Source of the DNA: Octopus vulgaris | Lineage: Eukaryota | Assembly (NCBI GenBank): GCA_951406725.2 | Contig: OX597816.1 | Span: 169,880,001-169,944,000 of the forward strand | Reading direction: 5' to 3' | Length of the DNA stretch: 64,000 nucleotides | Shown here: positions 43,330-57,552 of the stretch, piece after piece | How positions within the stretch are numbered: the stretch's first letter is position 1 | Layout of the letters: the number at the start of each line of letters is the position of its first letter | Program-made: the position numbers and the translations under genes | The notes under the pieces: generated by a model | What the model was told of the DNA's origin: nothing | The model's input: the letters and a program-made list of their open reading frames with translations, nothing else | Databases searched by the model: none

Positions 43330-43941
43330 ACTACAGTAGATTCTTAAGTAATGAAGCAAAGCAAACCGGGTAAACGGAGCCCTAAGTTACATTTATGCTT
43401 TTTGTGTCTGGGTGTAAATAAGGTATAAATTCGTGAAAGTATTAGCCGTGGATTCATACTCTTCTTCATCCATCATAAAGGGAAATGCTTTGAAGGTCTG
43501 CATATTTGTGATGAGCATAAATATTCGATAAAAAGAAAGCCTTCTGCATTAATATGTGTGGGGAGGATTTCATTAAAAGTTCGGACAAAACTATTCTTCG
43601 TGGAATTGTTATAAGATAGGTTTGAAAATAACAATATAGTTTTTCCACAAACTGAGGAATAATGCAGCCGTTATAATTAAAAGTGTTCTTTTAAGAACTC
43701 AAATATCATACTACCTCCGCAGAGACTATCAAAGAAGAATAGCAGCAGATAAACCGACGCTTGCCCGGGAAAAAAATATCATTAAGCGATTTACTCGAAT
43801 AGATAATAGAGGAACGCATTCATTCTTGGGGCAACTAGAGATAAATAAGTTAAATTGAGTACTTTATCACCGTCTCATCACTATCACCATAACCATCATC
43901 ATTATTATCATCGTCATTATCACAATAATAATAATAATAAT

Positions 43942-44016
<75 letters not shown>

Positions 44017-44449
44017 CATCATCATCATCATCATGTTTGAAGCAGATTAACTTCTAATGGGAATGCACAACTCAATCAAAAGATGAAAATACTCTCAAGC
44101 AGAATATTTAAATGTGATTCAGTATATTTACGATGTTTGTTTCTTTAGCATAAAACGCATATTCTAACTGTATGAAGTCATTTTATTTAGCAAAACGTAC
44201 AATAGAAAAATTCAAACATTTTGATTTATTTTGACATTTTTCCTCTGTTATTTTTCCTTAAATGATATGTCGATTTAATATTCTGAACGTCAAGTAAGCA
44301 AAATTACATGAGCAGACAAATCGCATGAATTCATACTGACAGCAGCATTTAATTATCCTTTCAGTTTTTACTGATCTGACAATCTCGTTTCGACATTCGC
44401 GTGCATTCTCCACTTAACAAATACTATTATATTACACAAGCAATCGTTC

Positions 44450-44915
44450 TTTATGGCTACAAAGGTCTTCAAAATACCACAGCTCAGCATCAAGGAAAGC
44501 AAAATTTATGCATATGCAAGCATATCTGACTCTACACTATCAAGTCATATAATGTTCAAATTTAGTAATGATATTTATAGAACTAAGTTGGTGACGTTCA
44601 CTTAGTACTGCGCCTCTTGTACGACCACTAATCGATATGCAAAGGATACCGCACGTGGCCCTCACGTTTATCCGCCTCTCAAACTGAAATCTGTCTTTCT
44701 GGTCACTTGCCAAAAGAATATTGTCCAAATTTTCTAAGACCTTTTATCCTCTTCTTCTAAACAATGATGGCGCCATAAGCAGTAATCCTACTGAGAAAGC
44801 TTCCACTTTTGTCGCTGCTTGCACAACTAAATCCACGCTACATGCTCCATTAACCCCTTCCCAACCTATTCCATTTTACTCCACCAGGTTCTCCATTCCG
44901 CTTCCATACCTACAA
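44450..44915 (+). mobile_element. Decayed CR1/Jockey-group LINE fragment (EN-RT linker)
   Basis: KSVFWSLAKRI and PLLLNNDGAISSNPTEKASTF...KSTL resemble the linker of APE-type LINE ORF2. Confidence 0.5.
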
Positions 44916-44917
44916 AG

Positions 44918-45328
44918 TACTCTTTACTCTTTCTCTCTTTTACTTGTTTCAGTCATTTGACTGCGGCCATGCTGGAGCACCGCCTTTAGTCGAGCAACTC
45001 GACCCCGGGACTTATTCTTTGTAAGCCCAGTACTTATTCTAACGGTCTATTTTGCCGAACCGCTAAGTTACGGGGACGTAAACACACTACCACAAGGATG
45101 TTGGTGGGGGGGGGGACAAACACATACACACAAGCACATACATACATATTTATATATACATATATACGACGGGCTTCTTTCAGTTTCCGTCTACCAAATC
45201 GAGTCACAAGGCTTTGGTCGACCCGAGGCTATAGTAGAAGTCACTTGCCCAAGGTGCCACGTAGTGGGACTGAACCCGGAACTATGTGGTTCATAAGCAA
45301 GCTACTTACCACAAAGCCACTCCTACGC
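44918..45328 (-). mobile_element. SINE family A (intronic)
   Basis: Reverse complement match. Confidence 0.92.
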
Positions 45329-45547
45329 AAAAATAATAAAATATAGGTGACTGGAACAAATAACTGTTTATCAAGAATTTTAAAAAATAAATTTAATAAT
45401 AGCATTTTTTTTCGAAAGCTGGCTTTCCTTAGAGAAGATTCCTGGATTATCTCGGGTGAGAGCTGCTTATTACTCGAGATTTTATAATAATTATAAAAAT
45501 TAAACAAAATTTATACGTAAAATTAAAATAATTTTATCTTATATCAT

Positions 45548-45789
45548 TTACTTATTTCAATCATTAGACGGTGGTCATGCAGGGGTACTTCCTTGAAGAA
45601 TTTTAGTCGAACGATTTGGCTTCAGTACATATTTTTATAGCCTGGTATTTATTCTATAGATCCCTAATGCTGAACCGCTAAGTTACGAGGACTTAACCGC
45701 ACCAGCACTGGGTTTTCAAGTGGTGGTGGGGGACAAACATAGTCACAAAGAGACATACGTGGACATACATACATACATACATACATACA

Positions 45790-45821
<32 letters not shown>

Positions 45822-45830
45822 GACAGACAG

Positions 45831-45901
<71 letters not shown>

Positions 45902-45916
45902 CAGATATATATATAT

Positions 45917-45992
<76 letters not shown>

Positions 45993-45994
45993 GC

Positions 45995-46067
<73 letters not shown>

Positions 46068-46200
46068 TGAATATAGTTATATACGACGAACTTCTTTCAC
46101 TTTCCGTCTACAAATCCATTCACAAGGTTTTGGTCGGCCTGAGGCAATCATAGAGGTACAGATGTGGTTGAGAAGCAAACTTCTTATTACACAGTCACGA
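45548..46200 (-). mobile_element. Old SINE A-related copy with an expanded internal (CATA)(CA)(TA)(GATA) microsatellite
   Basis: SINE halves flank 45765-46070. Confidence 0.75.
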
Positions 46201-47304
46201 CTGAGGATCAAAATGTAGAAATGCATTAGAAATAGGTTCACTCATACGTTCATATGAACCTGATTCTGTTCCGATGAACTGACGTGCACATTCTGATACT
46301 GATAGCATAATGAAGAAAGATAATGCCTTATTAAATTATTTTGCTAACGTTTTGATTGAGATGGATATTCTGATCTGGTGCACAACGAAACTACTTTCAT
46401 ATACTTTCATCGGATTTCTTATACAGAATTCAGAAATGAACATTATTCTATCTTACGAGAACTGGCTGTCATATGTTGTGCAGCTACTAATCCCTAGAAA
46501 CGTAGAATTAGCAAAGTGTTGTTGCTAAATCAATCATAATTTAAAGAATTCTATCCTCATACAATATCTGTCGTTTGTCATGCTAAACTATATATATAGT
46601 TTCCTTGCCATATATAATAAATAGTCCCATGTAACTGCGTTCAATATCCTAAACGCAAGGACAGCTTACTGTTAGATCAGGTATACAATTTCTAAATGCA
46701 CGCTGAGAGAAATTGCAATCGTTCATTATTGAAATAAATCCATTTCATGACACAGTAGTAGTTCAGTATGAGATCTCATTCTTTGTTATAAAATTTCTAT
46801 CTTTTTTATTGGAGGTTTTCGTAATTATAATATATCGAATAGATTATTGTAATATTCATCGCTTTAGGATTCATAATTCCTCCTTTCATTCGAAAGGAAA
46901 TATATTTTGTGTAAGGTATACATTGATTTTACTCAGAAATGATTTGGTAGCGAATGTATAATGTTCGAAAATATATTCTTGGTCTTAAACGCAATTCGTA
47001 GATATTGTTTTTAAGAACAAGAGTAAAATTCTATACGGATTATCACGGAAAGCACTAAAGACACAGAAAGAGTGGGGCACACACACAGGCACGCATACAC
47101 GTGTCCACAGACACACACATATGCACATTACCACTCCGTCTACGTACACATGGCAACACACACACTCGCTACCATACACACGCACAGTATCACAGACACA
47201 TGCCACCACGACAAGTACACACGCCACCACGCACACACAAAGTTAATGCCACACACACGCTACCATATACCCGCACGCTATGACACACATGTCTCTTCTA
47301 TCTG

Positions 47305-49527
47305 CTTTATAACCTCCCCCACGGTATCGTTAGCCCGTCCATACATTTGATTTTGCTTCTCTTCAAGATTAACACACCACATTTTCTCAGTCCGAACTCC
47401 ATTCTGATATCAGCACTGAAGGTATAGACCGTATCAACGAGGAAACCGACTTGGGCTTCATCTTTAGCATAAAGTTTGAGGTCATCCATGAATAACAAAT
47501 GGTTGATTTTTTGTTGTCGGCTTTTGAATACATATCAAGCTTTTGCTTTCCTCAATATCAGAGTTAGTGTTATCAAGCAAAATACAAATATCAGTGGGGC
47601 GTAGATGCCCCTCCTAATTTCTACTGTCCCTAAACTTCTTCGGTATGCTGTAAGGTCTGTACTCCAATTGGCCATACTTTTTCCAAGTAATCGCTAAACA
47701 TTCGATGCAATACCAAATAGGTTTATGCACTCCATAATCCAAGAATGTGGGATCATATCGTACGCCTTACGATAGTTGATCCATGACATGGCTAAGTTAC
47801 TTTTCTTCCCCTTGCAGTCTCTAAGTATAGTTTTGTCTATCAGGATTTGATCCTTGGTACCTCTGCGCTTACGCTTGCAACCCTTCTGCTCATGTGCCAG
47901 GAGTCCATATTTTCCCAGATGTTTGTTCATTTTGTTCATTGACTCTGCGAGTATTCCAGTCAATAATTTCCACATAAGTGGCAAATAGGATATCGGCCTG
48001 TAATTGTCTACCGTATTGCGCTTTTCGATGTTTTTCAGGCATAGCAATGTCCTACCCAATGTCAACCACTCTGGTGTTCCTTGGTCGGCATTTAACAGTG
48101 TTGAGTTGCTCAGCTGTTCGTGCATGATACTCACCAAATCTTTTGATCCAGTACCCTTGAACTCCATCTGGTCCCGGAGCCTTCCAGTTGCTCAATCTTT
48201 TGCTGATTTCCTTCACTTCCCTAACTGAAATGACTAGTTCTGCCTGTTTTGGAATGACTACTGTTTGTTTCAGTTCTCGCAACCATTCAGCACCATTCTT
48301 GTGCCCCTTGTCCTTGCTCCAGATGTCACTCCAAAACCATTGACTTTCAATGTTATCTGGCACCATTTTTTCATCTGTATGGTCTCAAGTTATTTCGTTG
48401 TAGAATCTCTTCTGATCTATTCTGAATAACATATTCTAGCGGTAACCCTTCATTCTTTGGTCGTATCTTACCATCTTTGCTTTCTTTGCAACGAGGCGCT
48501 GTTTCAGTTCCTCCATTACCACTTTCACGCCCTTTATTTCAGTATTATAGTCCCTTTTCGGCGCCCTGTATTTTTGTTCACTTCCAAGCTCGCCTTTCTC
48601 TTTTCAGTCTAACTCAGAGATTTCCTTCGAGAGAACGTGTAACCCTGTCTGGATTCTTCTTTTGAACCATAGATCTTTTCTTTTGTCACTCCCATTACGT
48701 TTCTTTTACTTGACATCAACACCCACGTTTTCTGCTACAAGAATACTTGCTGTCTTGATCAAATTATTTGTTTCTGTAATGTTGCTTGTTCTGTTGTATT
48801 TCAGAATTTCATTGACATTTTTCTTAGTTCAGTTTACATCAATCAACCCTTTTAATGTTGCAAATAATGTCGCTATCGTTCCCCTGTTGTTTTACATCTA
48901 TTTTGTCGTAGATTGCCTTGTGTTTATCTGTCATGTCGCCATTAGTTTTATTGTCTTCTTTTAGATCATTTAGATCATCTACAGATCATCTCTCATTTAG
49001 ATCATCTCTCGTCAAGTAAACTACCACTGCTCCTTTCCTGTGCTATGGAATTACTCTTCTTTGTAACAATTGTATTTTCATCGTTATCTCTGCTGCAATT
49101 TTTCCAAGACCCGTCTTTTGATAGCTTCGAGTCTACTTCTGTGGACCAAGAATTTTTTCTTATTGCTTGATCACATAGTCTCTGTTCTGTGGGTTGAAAC
49201 AATCCGTTTTCTCTCCAATGATCATACGCGCGTTGTCGGTAACCCCAAATTTTTATCTACCGGGCTGCTCATGTAGTAACACTCCATGACCACAGCATTA
49301 ATTTGCATTCTCCATCAACGCTATGTGTGGTGGTCCCTTTCTGGATATCGACAGGCTGGAGCCGGACCAGAATCTCCGAACCTACCGGGTGTAACACTGT
49401 CACCATCATTGGTTTCAGTTTCATAACCACCGTTATTCACAATAATTTGTTTTTTACATTTTCATTCATATAAGGTAGCGATTATCAGGTTGCGCAATTA
49501 CCAGTGTATCTATCGTGACACAAGCTA
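47305..49527 (-). mobile_element. Dong/R4-like LINE, 5' half through RT (3' end missing)
   Basis: QPTEQRLCDQ; [16 protein letters not shown]; [17 protein letters not shown]; EQKGC...GTKDQILID; [16 protein letters not shown]; LLFMDDLKLY; EFGLRKC. Confidence 0.92.
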
Positions 49528-49559
49528 TTATCATCATAATCATCATCATTATTATTATT

Positions 49560-50037
49560 GAATGAGAGAGCAGTGCATGCCATCAAAGTGACACTGGGGT
49601 AAAATATACGAAGCCCAATATACCCATCATGACTACCCTTCTGATAAGGGTACACGAGGCACATGCATCACAATCATATGTGCGCGACATGGTGATCTCA
49701 TATCAAGATAAACAGCGCATGACCTTGCAGGTGGGGCCCGGTTAGAATTTTCTTCTGGTCGAGTAGCCCATCCCACTCAAAAGGTCCCTGAACAAGGATT
49801 GTTTAAGGATGTTGAACGAATCACCCATGTTTCCAGAGGTGAATTATTCAAACCCCAAAGAATCCCTCTCAACACATGGCTATGATGCTCCCCCACTACT
49901 TCTGCTCGTGATCAGAGATGCACATATCGTCAGCCACTAAGGGACATGCTCAACCGGATAAGGTCAAACAACTGAAAAGCAAATTTGTGGTATTGAGTAG
50001 AATATTTGCTGTAGCCCATCTTTTATACCAAGACAAA
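49560..50037 (-). mobile_element. Truncated copy of the ~530-bp AAT-embedded element
   Basis: Matches 26862-27340; flanked by (ATT)n. Confidence 0.88.
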
Positions 50038-50098
<61 letters not shown>

Positions 50099-50554
50099 GT
50101 GTGTATATATATGTATGCATATATATACAATATACATATTGGAGGTATATATTTCATTTGTATCTATATACATATATACATATATATATATATTATATAT
50201 ACGCGTATAAATATTACACATGCACATATTCCCTTTCTATTTATTTTTGTTTCTTCTTTTTAAACTTATTTATAATTTTTTCTATCCACTACTTCACTCT
50301 ATGACAGGAAACCTATATAGAGATTTTCAAATTCCATAATTTCTTTTACATTTATAACTTACCTGAAGACCCCGTGTATCTTCTGGCGAAACTCATAATA
50401 GTAAGAGAGTGACTCAACTAGAATAAAATATGTGAGTGTGTTAGTATGTGCGTAGGTATTCGTGTGTATGTGTGTATATAAGTGTATTTGTAAGAGTGTG
50501 TTTATAGATGTCTTGTAATTAATCAATAATATTTGTTTCTCTTTTTTTTTACAG

Positions 50555-50696
50555 TAATCTCACAAATATCGGAAAGCGTACATCTTTCCGTTATAATTAC
50601 ATAACGCAATCTGGCCATTGCTATCCATATAAGCCATCAGAAACAAGCATCGCCATCGCAGCGACAAATAATGTCATTGACAAAGCTCTCACAGTT
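50555..50696 (+). CDS. Zinc metallopeptidase exon (NLTNIGKRTSFRYNYITQSGHCYPYKPSETSIAIAATNNVIDKALTV)
   Basis: Acceptor tttttttttacag and donor GTT|gtaagc. 142 nt, open, phase 2 in and phase 0 out, matching both neighbours. Confidence 0.85.
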
Positions 50697-51949
50697 GTAA
50701 GCATGAATTTATCAATGTAACTTCCGTCAAAGTGATAGTAACGATTTTATTTGCCTTAGTACATTTCGTTCTTAATCAACTGCTTTTGAGGTTCATTATC
50801 GTTTCTTGTTTACAAAAATTAAATTCACGTTATTAATTGTTTTTTTTAGTTTCACTACTGTTCTTGCTTGCTGTACCAAAGGAAATCAAAATTACACATT
50901 AAAGTATGTAATAAATGTATACTTCTCTCAGAAGGGAATATTAAAGTTACATTAGTATGTAACTATGGTATTCTATTCTGAGAAAGGTGAGAAGCGTTTC
51001 CCACAAGAGAATTTATGTTTCATATGATTTTTTATGAATACTGTTACTGTTGATGACTGAAAGAAGTTAAGGAATTTTTTTATACATACTTTCATACATG
51101 GATATACTATTCTCTAGTTTTTATGGAGAATTTTTGTAGAAAGGTTGAAGTGATGTGAGGCTAGAGCCTACCTGAAGGCACTTACGTCTTGGGAGAAAGA
51201 ACTCTATGAATAGATTCCTTACAACTTCATAGAGCGAGTTTAAAAACCTAAGAGAGAAATAGTGATAGAAGAATCGACCCTTTAATTTGCTTGATATTTT
51301 GTTTAATGAAACGCAAAGCTAATTTGTTAATATTTAAGCCCAGAATAAAAACAGTCGAACCATTTGTCACAAGACTTTTCTTCAACGCTTTGACAATACT
51401 GTCAATCGACCATCTTTTTTATTGAGCATTGTTAATATTATCCATCGTACCTAGAAAAAGAGAAGAAAGGTAAAAAATGAAAAATAGTAATTACTGCCGC
51501 ATGCTCGTTTACCGAACTGTCTTTGTACATCGGTAAATCATTAAGGAAAGGAAATATCAGAGCTTGGATGAGAAAATGTGTTTCGGGACATTACAAAATA
51601 AATGATATATAAAATAGTTTGTAAAGAAAATTATTTCTTTTTCTGCTATAAAATTGCCATAGTAGACCGCATTACGCACCAATATGCGGTTTGTGCCTCA
51701 GTGTTTCCAGTGATTACATCTTAGTAGCATACAAAAAATCAGAACAGGTTATAGGCGTTCCATCTAATGAAGTCTCTTTGAGAAATATGCAATAAAAAGG
51801 AATGGAAAAGGAGAAAGCTGTATCTAAAATATGTATCTCATTTATATACCCCATATTACCAGACCTCATTCCTTCGCTCAACCACTTTCTCTTTCGTTAT
51901 CACTCTCTCTCTCTCTCTCTCACTTACACGCACACATATATATAGATTG

Positions 51950-52018
51950 ATACATACATACATACATACATACATACATACATACATACATACATACGTA
52001 CATACATACATACATACA

Positions 52019-52052
<34 letters not shown>

Positions 52053-52212
52053 CATACATACATACATGCATGTATGCATACATACATACATGCAAACATA
52101 CATGCATACATACATACATACATACATACATACATACATACATACATACATACATACATACGTACATACATACATACATACATACATACATACATACATA
52201 CATACATACGTA
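51950..52212. repeat. (CATA)n microsatellite
   Basis: Directly visible. Confidence 0.97.
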
Positions 52213-52576
52213 CACACTCACACTAACAGAAGTCTTCGGCGTTGTACGAGTGCTGAGGATGCACAATATTATTTTTTTGTTAAATGGTTGAAACTACACA
52301 AATCAGTGGTTGTTATTAGTATTAATTTTGTATCTTAAACTACATTTATGTTTAAGTTTGTATATTTTAATGGAATTCTAAACTAATAAAATGGCAGGCA
52401 GGTACTTTACTCAACAAATGCTTTCAGATAAAAAAACAAAGTTTCTTGGTTCTGTAATTTCGTGCTCTGATAAGTAGGTGCTTTGCCCAACACGTGATAT
52501 AAAGCAATGAGCTCAGTATGATAGAGACGTGGATTTGTCAGTTCATGTCCAACAAACCCCGAGGGACTGTGCTGAG

Positions 52577-52883
52577 TGGAGGCACATGGCCTAGTGGTTA
52601 GAGCAGCGGACTCGCGGTCGAGTGATCGCGGGTTCGAATCTCAGACCGGACAATGTGTGTGTTTATGAGCGAAACACCTAAGCTCCACGCGGCTCCGGCA
52701 GAAGGTAATGGCGAAACTTCTGCTGACTCTTTCGCCACAACTTTCTCTCTCACTTTCCCCCTGCATCTTGCAGCTCACTTGTGATGGACCAGCGTCCCGT
52801 CCAGGTGGGGAACCTATACGCCAAGAAACCTGGAAACTCGCCCTTATGAGCCAGTCATGGCTCGAGAAGGAACAAACAACAAA
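52577..52883 (+). mobile_element. SINE family C
   Basis: 11-bp TSD actgtgctgag at 52566-52576 and 52884-52894. Confidence 0.94.
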
Positions 52884-55427
52884 ACTGTGCTGAGACTTGA
52901 TGATGGCTAGCAAAAAATACAGGAAACAAAATACTTCTTATTGGTGCAAGCAGTCATAATGGTGGCTTCGATCACATAGAGCATAAGGGTTTTGGCGGTT
53001 AATTTTGAATCCTTACTGAGTTTAGTGCACCTAATTTTCATAAGAACATAATGGGTCCCTTATTGTCAATTGCAGATGTGAAGAGGGAGAATAGTATGTT
53101 AAAGAGAGTTGAGAAATTTTTATGGCAGCATTATGAGCGTGAATTACAAGGTAAACTGACACGTATCATGTTAATTGAGCTACTAATTGTTGAATGGCGG
53201 TGGAATTAATAACCAGTATAATGTCATTTTTAGGAGGTATGATGGCAAGTTCACAGAAATATTCATGTTTCCTTTAGTTTTATCAATAGCTAGGATAAAC
53301 TTTCAATTGTATTTTTTAGATGCATTGATGATTGCGAAATTAGAGGCCAGTACTTTGATATCGCCACTCTCAGTGTCAACTGGTAGCTGACTATTTTCCT
53401 CAATTGAATTAAAACATTTGCAAACTAATATCTATTAGGTGCAATTTCCATTTTCATAGAAAGATGAAGTTTTTATCTCGTCTCCAAACAATGTATTCTC
53501 TGAGGAGGTGTGATCTCAGCTCATATATCGGAATGATTGGCTAAGTTTCACATAAATCACCTGTGAGCATTATTATTACTTCAATATTCTGTTAACGTTA
53601 TCTCAGGGATCTTGAACAGCTACTAACTGCAAGTCTGTGAGTCATGCAATCCCCTCATGATATGGGCTTAGCCGTTTTCACAAATACTGCTTCGCGAAAT
53701 CCTTTATTAATGTTGCATGCAGGGCTTTTCTTCTATTAAATGTACTGTGAAGGTGCATGGCTTAGTGATTAGTCTATTAAGCTCACGATCGTAAGGTCGG
53801 GAGTTCGATCCCAGGCGACGCGAAATGTACTCAGGTAAGTTATTGTATTTCTCATCAGGAAAAAGTTAGTTGTACCTGTAATTCAAAGAGCTAGCCTTTT
53901 CACATCCTGTGTCATGGTAAATCTCCCTGAGAAATATGTTAAGGATATGCGTGGCTATGGGGTGCTCAATCACTTGCTAGTTAATTTCACGAGCAGGTTA
54001 TTCGGTTGATCGAATTAAATACAATCCTCGTCGTCGTAACCGACGGATTGCAAGATAAAAATCAAACCGAGCGAACATTAATTTCAAGACACCGCTGTGT
54101 TTCGATTTCATGGCGTGTCTCTTCAATTATTCCTACCCCGGACTGTTGAATTTCACAAGAGCGTGAGCTCATGTTTATAGAAATAAGGCAATAGTACATT
54201 CGCAGATGAGTGCAAATGTATAGCAAACATAATTTATGGAATACACGCAGAACAGGCATAGTGAATGAGAAAGCAATATATAACACATGTAAAGTGTATG
54301 GCTTACTCGATTCTAGATTCCCGCCTGAAGATCGTAGATGCATGAGAATCAAGTCGGGGAACAATAAAAGCGGTTCAAACAAATCTCCTACAGCTGTGTC
54401 ACTAACAATTTCATTTAGAGAATAATAATTATATATGATTATAATAATAAAATGTGCAAGACTAACAACACTAGTGATTTTATGAATCTGAAGAAATATT
54501 ATACACATACTGTTATATCGCACGTTCGGATGCCTTCTACCCAACCCTTCTCTACTCTACTCTTCTCTGCCGACGTCTAGACGTCTCCCTCTATATCTAC
54601 GTATTGGGCTAGTCTACTTCAACGTCTGGGGGCGTCCACACAACACATACACATGATTATGCATAAACACATGCGCACACATGAATATTTAAAAAGTGTG
54701 CGCATGCTCATTCTTCCTATCTTCTGATAGATTTCGTTTACGGAGAACATCACCTTCCTTTAAAAAATCTTAATTGAAAACGCTCGCAATCTAGTGAGTT
54801 TAGGGGACTCTGACACCCCGGTATCCTGCCATGATTGTGCCTGGATCTGTGAATCTAAATAAGAATAGCCACACATATTTATTTAATTCATCAATCAAAA
54901 TATCTACGGATGAGTGCTAACGTCTGACAAACTGACGTTATATTACTGCGAATATGCGAAACAGTGACACTCTTTGTCGGCACTATCCGGCAGATTTTAA
55001 TGTGTGTATACTATTCGCTGTTCAGTTTTGTTTTGGAGAATGTTCTCACACATTATACGATGTGTGTTAACAAATCACACGCGTCAATGATGTCATAAAG
55101 CTTTGAGACAACGCTGTTTTGACATGATTGTGCCCCTTCAGTGGTATATAATATAATATAATATAATATTATGTTTCAGAACATCTGAAGCATAATATTA
55201 AACACATGAGTTCTACATTATATATCACAAAAAAAACCCCATAAACTATACTATAACGGTTTCAGAAATTTGCTCATAACGGGAAGTGCATGAATGTATG
55301 TATGTATGTATGTATGTATGTATGTATGTATGTATGTATGTATGTATGTATGTTTGTATGCATGTATATATGTATGTATGCGTGTGTGTGTTTGTATGTA
55401 TGTATGCGTGTATGTATGTATCCATCA

Positions 55428-55466
<39 letters not shown>

Positions 55467-55667
55467 GATCTTTCTATCTATATGCGAAAAGTGGTCCTTG
55501 AAAGAATATCATCTCTAAGACCACAAGATATGATGAAAGGGTTCTGAACGTTCTTGTAACTGATTAAGTAATAACATGCTTATTCTATTGCTAATATAAC
55601 GAATGAGCTACAACCAGAGCGTGTGTTTTATGCGTATATTGAGTGTTCGATATACATACATACATAC

Positions 55668-55709
<42 letters not shown>

Positions 55710-55763
55710 GAAATATGTTTCAAAAAGAAAAATAGAAACTACACGCGGAAAAGGTATGGAGAT

Positions 55764-56046
55764 AGTAAGAAGAAAAAAATCGAAAATGCACATTGAATAT
55801 AAAAAAAAATAAAGGCTTTTTTATGAAAAATAAAAAAAAATAAATACGATTAGATTAACTGAGGTAGAATTAAGAGGAATTAAATTCATTATTTTGAATT
55901 GTTAGAGAGATTCAAAATAATGAATTTAATTCCTTTTAATTCTACCTCAGTTCATCTAATAGTATTTATTTATCGCTACTTTTTCATAAAAAAAGCCTTT
56001 ATTTTTATATATATTCAATGTGCATTTTCGCTTTTTTCTTCTTACT
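55764..56046. repeat. Intronic fold-back hairpin (~135-bp arms, 10-nt loop)
   Basis: 55858-55899 pairs with 55910-55951 (42 bp, one G-T); the outer arms continue imperfectly. Confidence 0.92.
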
Positions 56047-56052
56047 TTCCTT

Positions 56053-56106
<54 letters not shown>

Positions 56107-56111
56107 CATAC

Positions 56112-56187
<76 letters not shown>

Positions 56188-56498
56188 GTATGTACATATG
56201 TGTCGTGTATGTGTTTGTGTGTGTAGTGCATGTAGAATGAAACTGAAATATTAAATATTTTAATCTGAGGCAAACATTTAATTCCTATGATCGCCTATTT
56301 TTGTCACCGCTTCTTTCTGTTGTCTGGCATTTAGTTTTTTTCACCTCGGTTTCAAATTTCTTCGGATGATATAACAATCAAGAGGATTGTATAGATCCCC
56401 CTCTTTAACAAAAGTGCTAAATCTATTAAATATTTTTCAAGTGTCTTCTTAAGTTCATTCTTTTTATATATTTCTCACTTTTTTAAAATAAAAAATAG

Positions 56499-56652
56499 GC
56501 TTGCCACACTCTAGCCAAAATAACAAGGAACATGCCCCGGGAAGTTTTCGTGTCGACGAGCAAATCATCAGGAGTTGGTATATTCACTATGGATGAAACT
56601 CTTACGGTTTATCCTCAAAATTCAGCCCTTGCTGACAGACCAGAATGTTACA
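56499..56652 (+). CDS. Zinc metallopeptidase exon (ACHTLAKITRNMPREVFVSTSKSSGVGIFTMDETLTVYPQNSALADRPECY)
   Basis: AG acceptor at 56497-56498 and donor A|gtaagt. 154 nt, open; the phase-1 end joins AT of the next exon (Asn). Confidence 0.88.
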
Positions 56653-57174
56653 GTAAGTAATTTTTAAAATGTTTATGATATAGTCACATATCTTCTTATA
56701 TATTAAGTATCAAACTTTACATTCTTCAATGTCTTTTATTACATACAGATACACACATAAACACAAACGAACGCATTGCTTTCATTTATTACCAAATCTT
56801 AAAATGATATCTTAATTTAATGATTCCAAATCTTATTTAAAGTGCGTCATGTTCAAACAAACTGAGATCAATTTTGAACACCAGACAAAGCAATATTTAT
56901 GGGACCAATAGTTCCTTGTGTTATTCTTTAATTAAAGTATGGTTTTATGGACAAGTATGATTGCACCAGTAATAATTCAATGAAAACGTAATCGTTAAGT
57001 ATTAGCGAACTAATCGCAAGATACCCACAAATATCTTACGTGCATAAATAATAATTTTTTAACAACAAGCATACACAGTTGTATTTCTAAACCACAGAAA
57101 ATACAGTGACTCATATTTAATTGTCGACAATTCGATAACCTCTCGGCAAGTTTGAGAGACACGATTACATGAAT

Positions 57175-57395
57175 GCAGGTGTTCCTTGCAATATTCCATT
57201 GTAAATTGAATATTGGAGTTTATATTGTTCAGTGTGGATTTGAAATCCAGGAGTTTATCATAGACTTTAATCCAGATGATAAAACAATCGTCTAGGTACC
57301 GTTTCCAGTTTTTTCTCTTATATACTGGTGGAATGGGGGTCCAAATTTTGGAGTGAAAGTTCATATAGGGTATGAAACATTCAAAGAAACATTTG
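57175..57395 (-). mobile_element. Penelope-like RT fragment
   Basis: NWKRYLDDCFIIW...LNNINSNIQFTME is the catalytic RT motif in PLE form. Confidence 0.8.
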
Positions 57396-57396
57396 A

Positions 57397-57429
57397 ATTT
57401 GGTAGACGGAAACTGAAAGACGTCCGTCG

Positions 57430-57461
<32 letters not shown>

Positions 57462-57465
57462 CGTG

Positions 57466-57499
<34 letters not shown>

Positions 57500-57514
57500 A
57501 TACGTGATATATAC

Positions 57515-57552
<38 letters not shown>

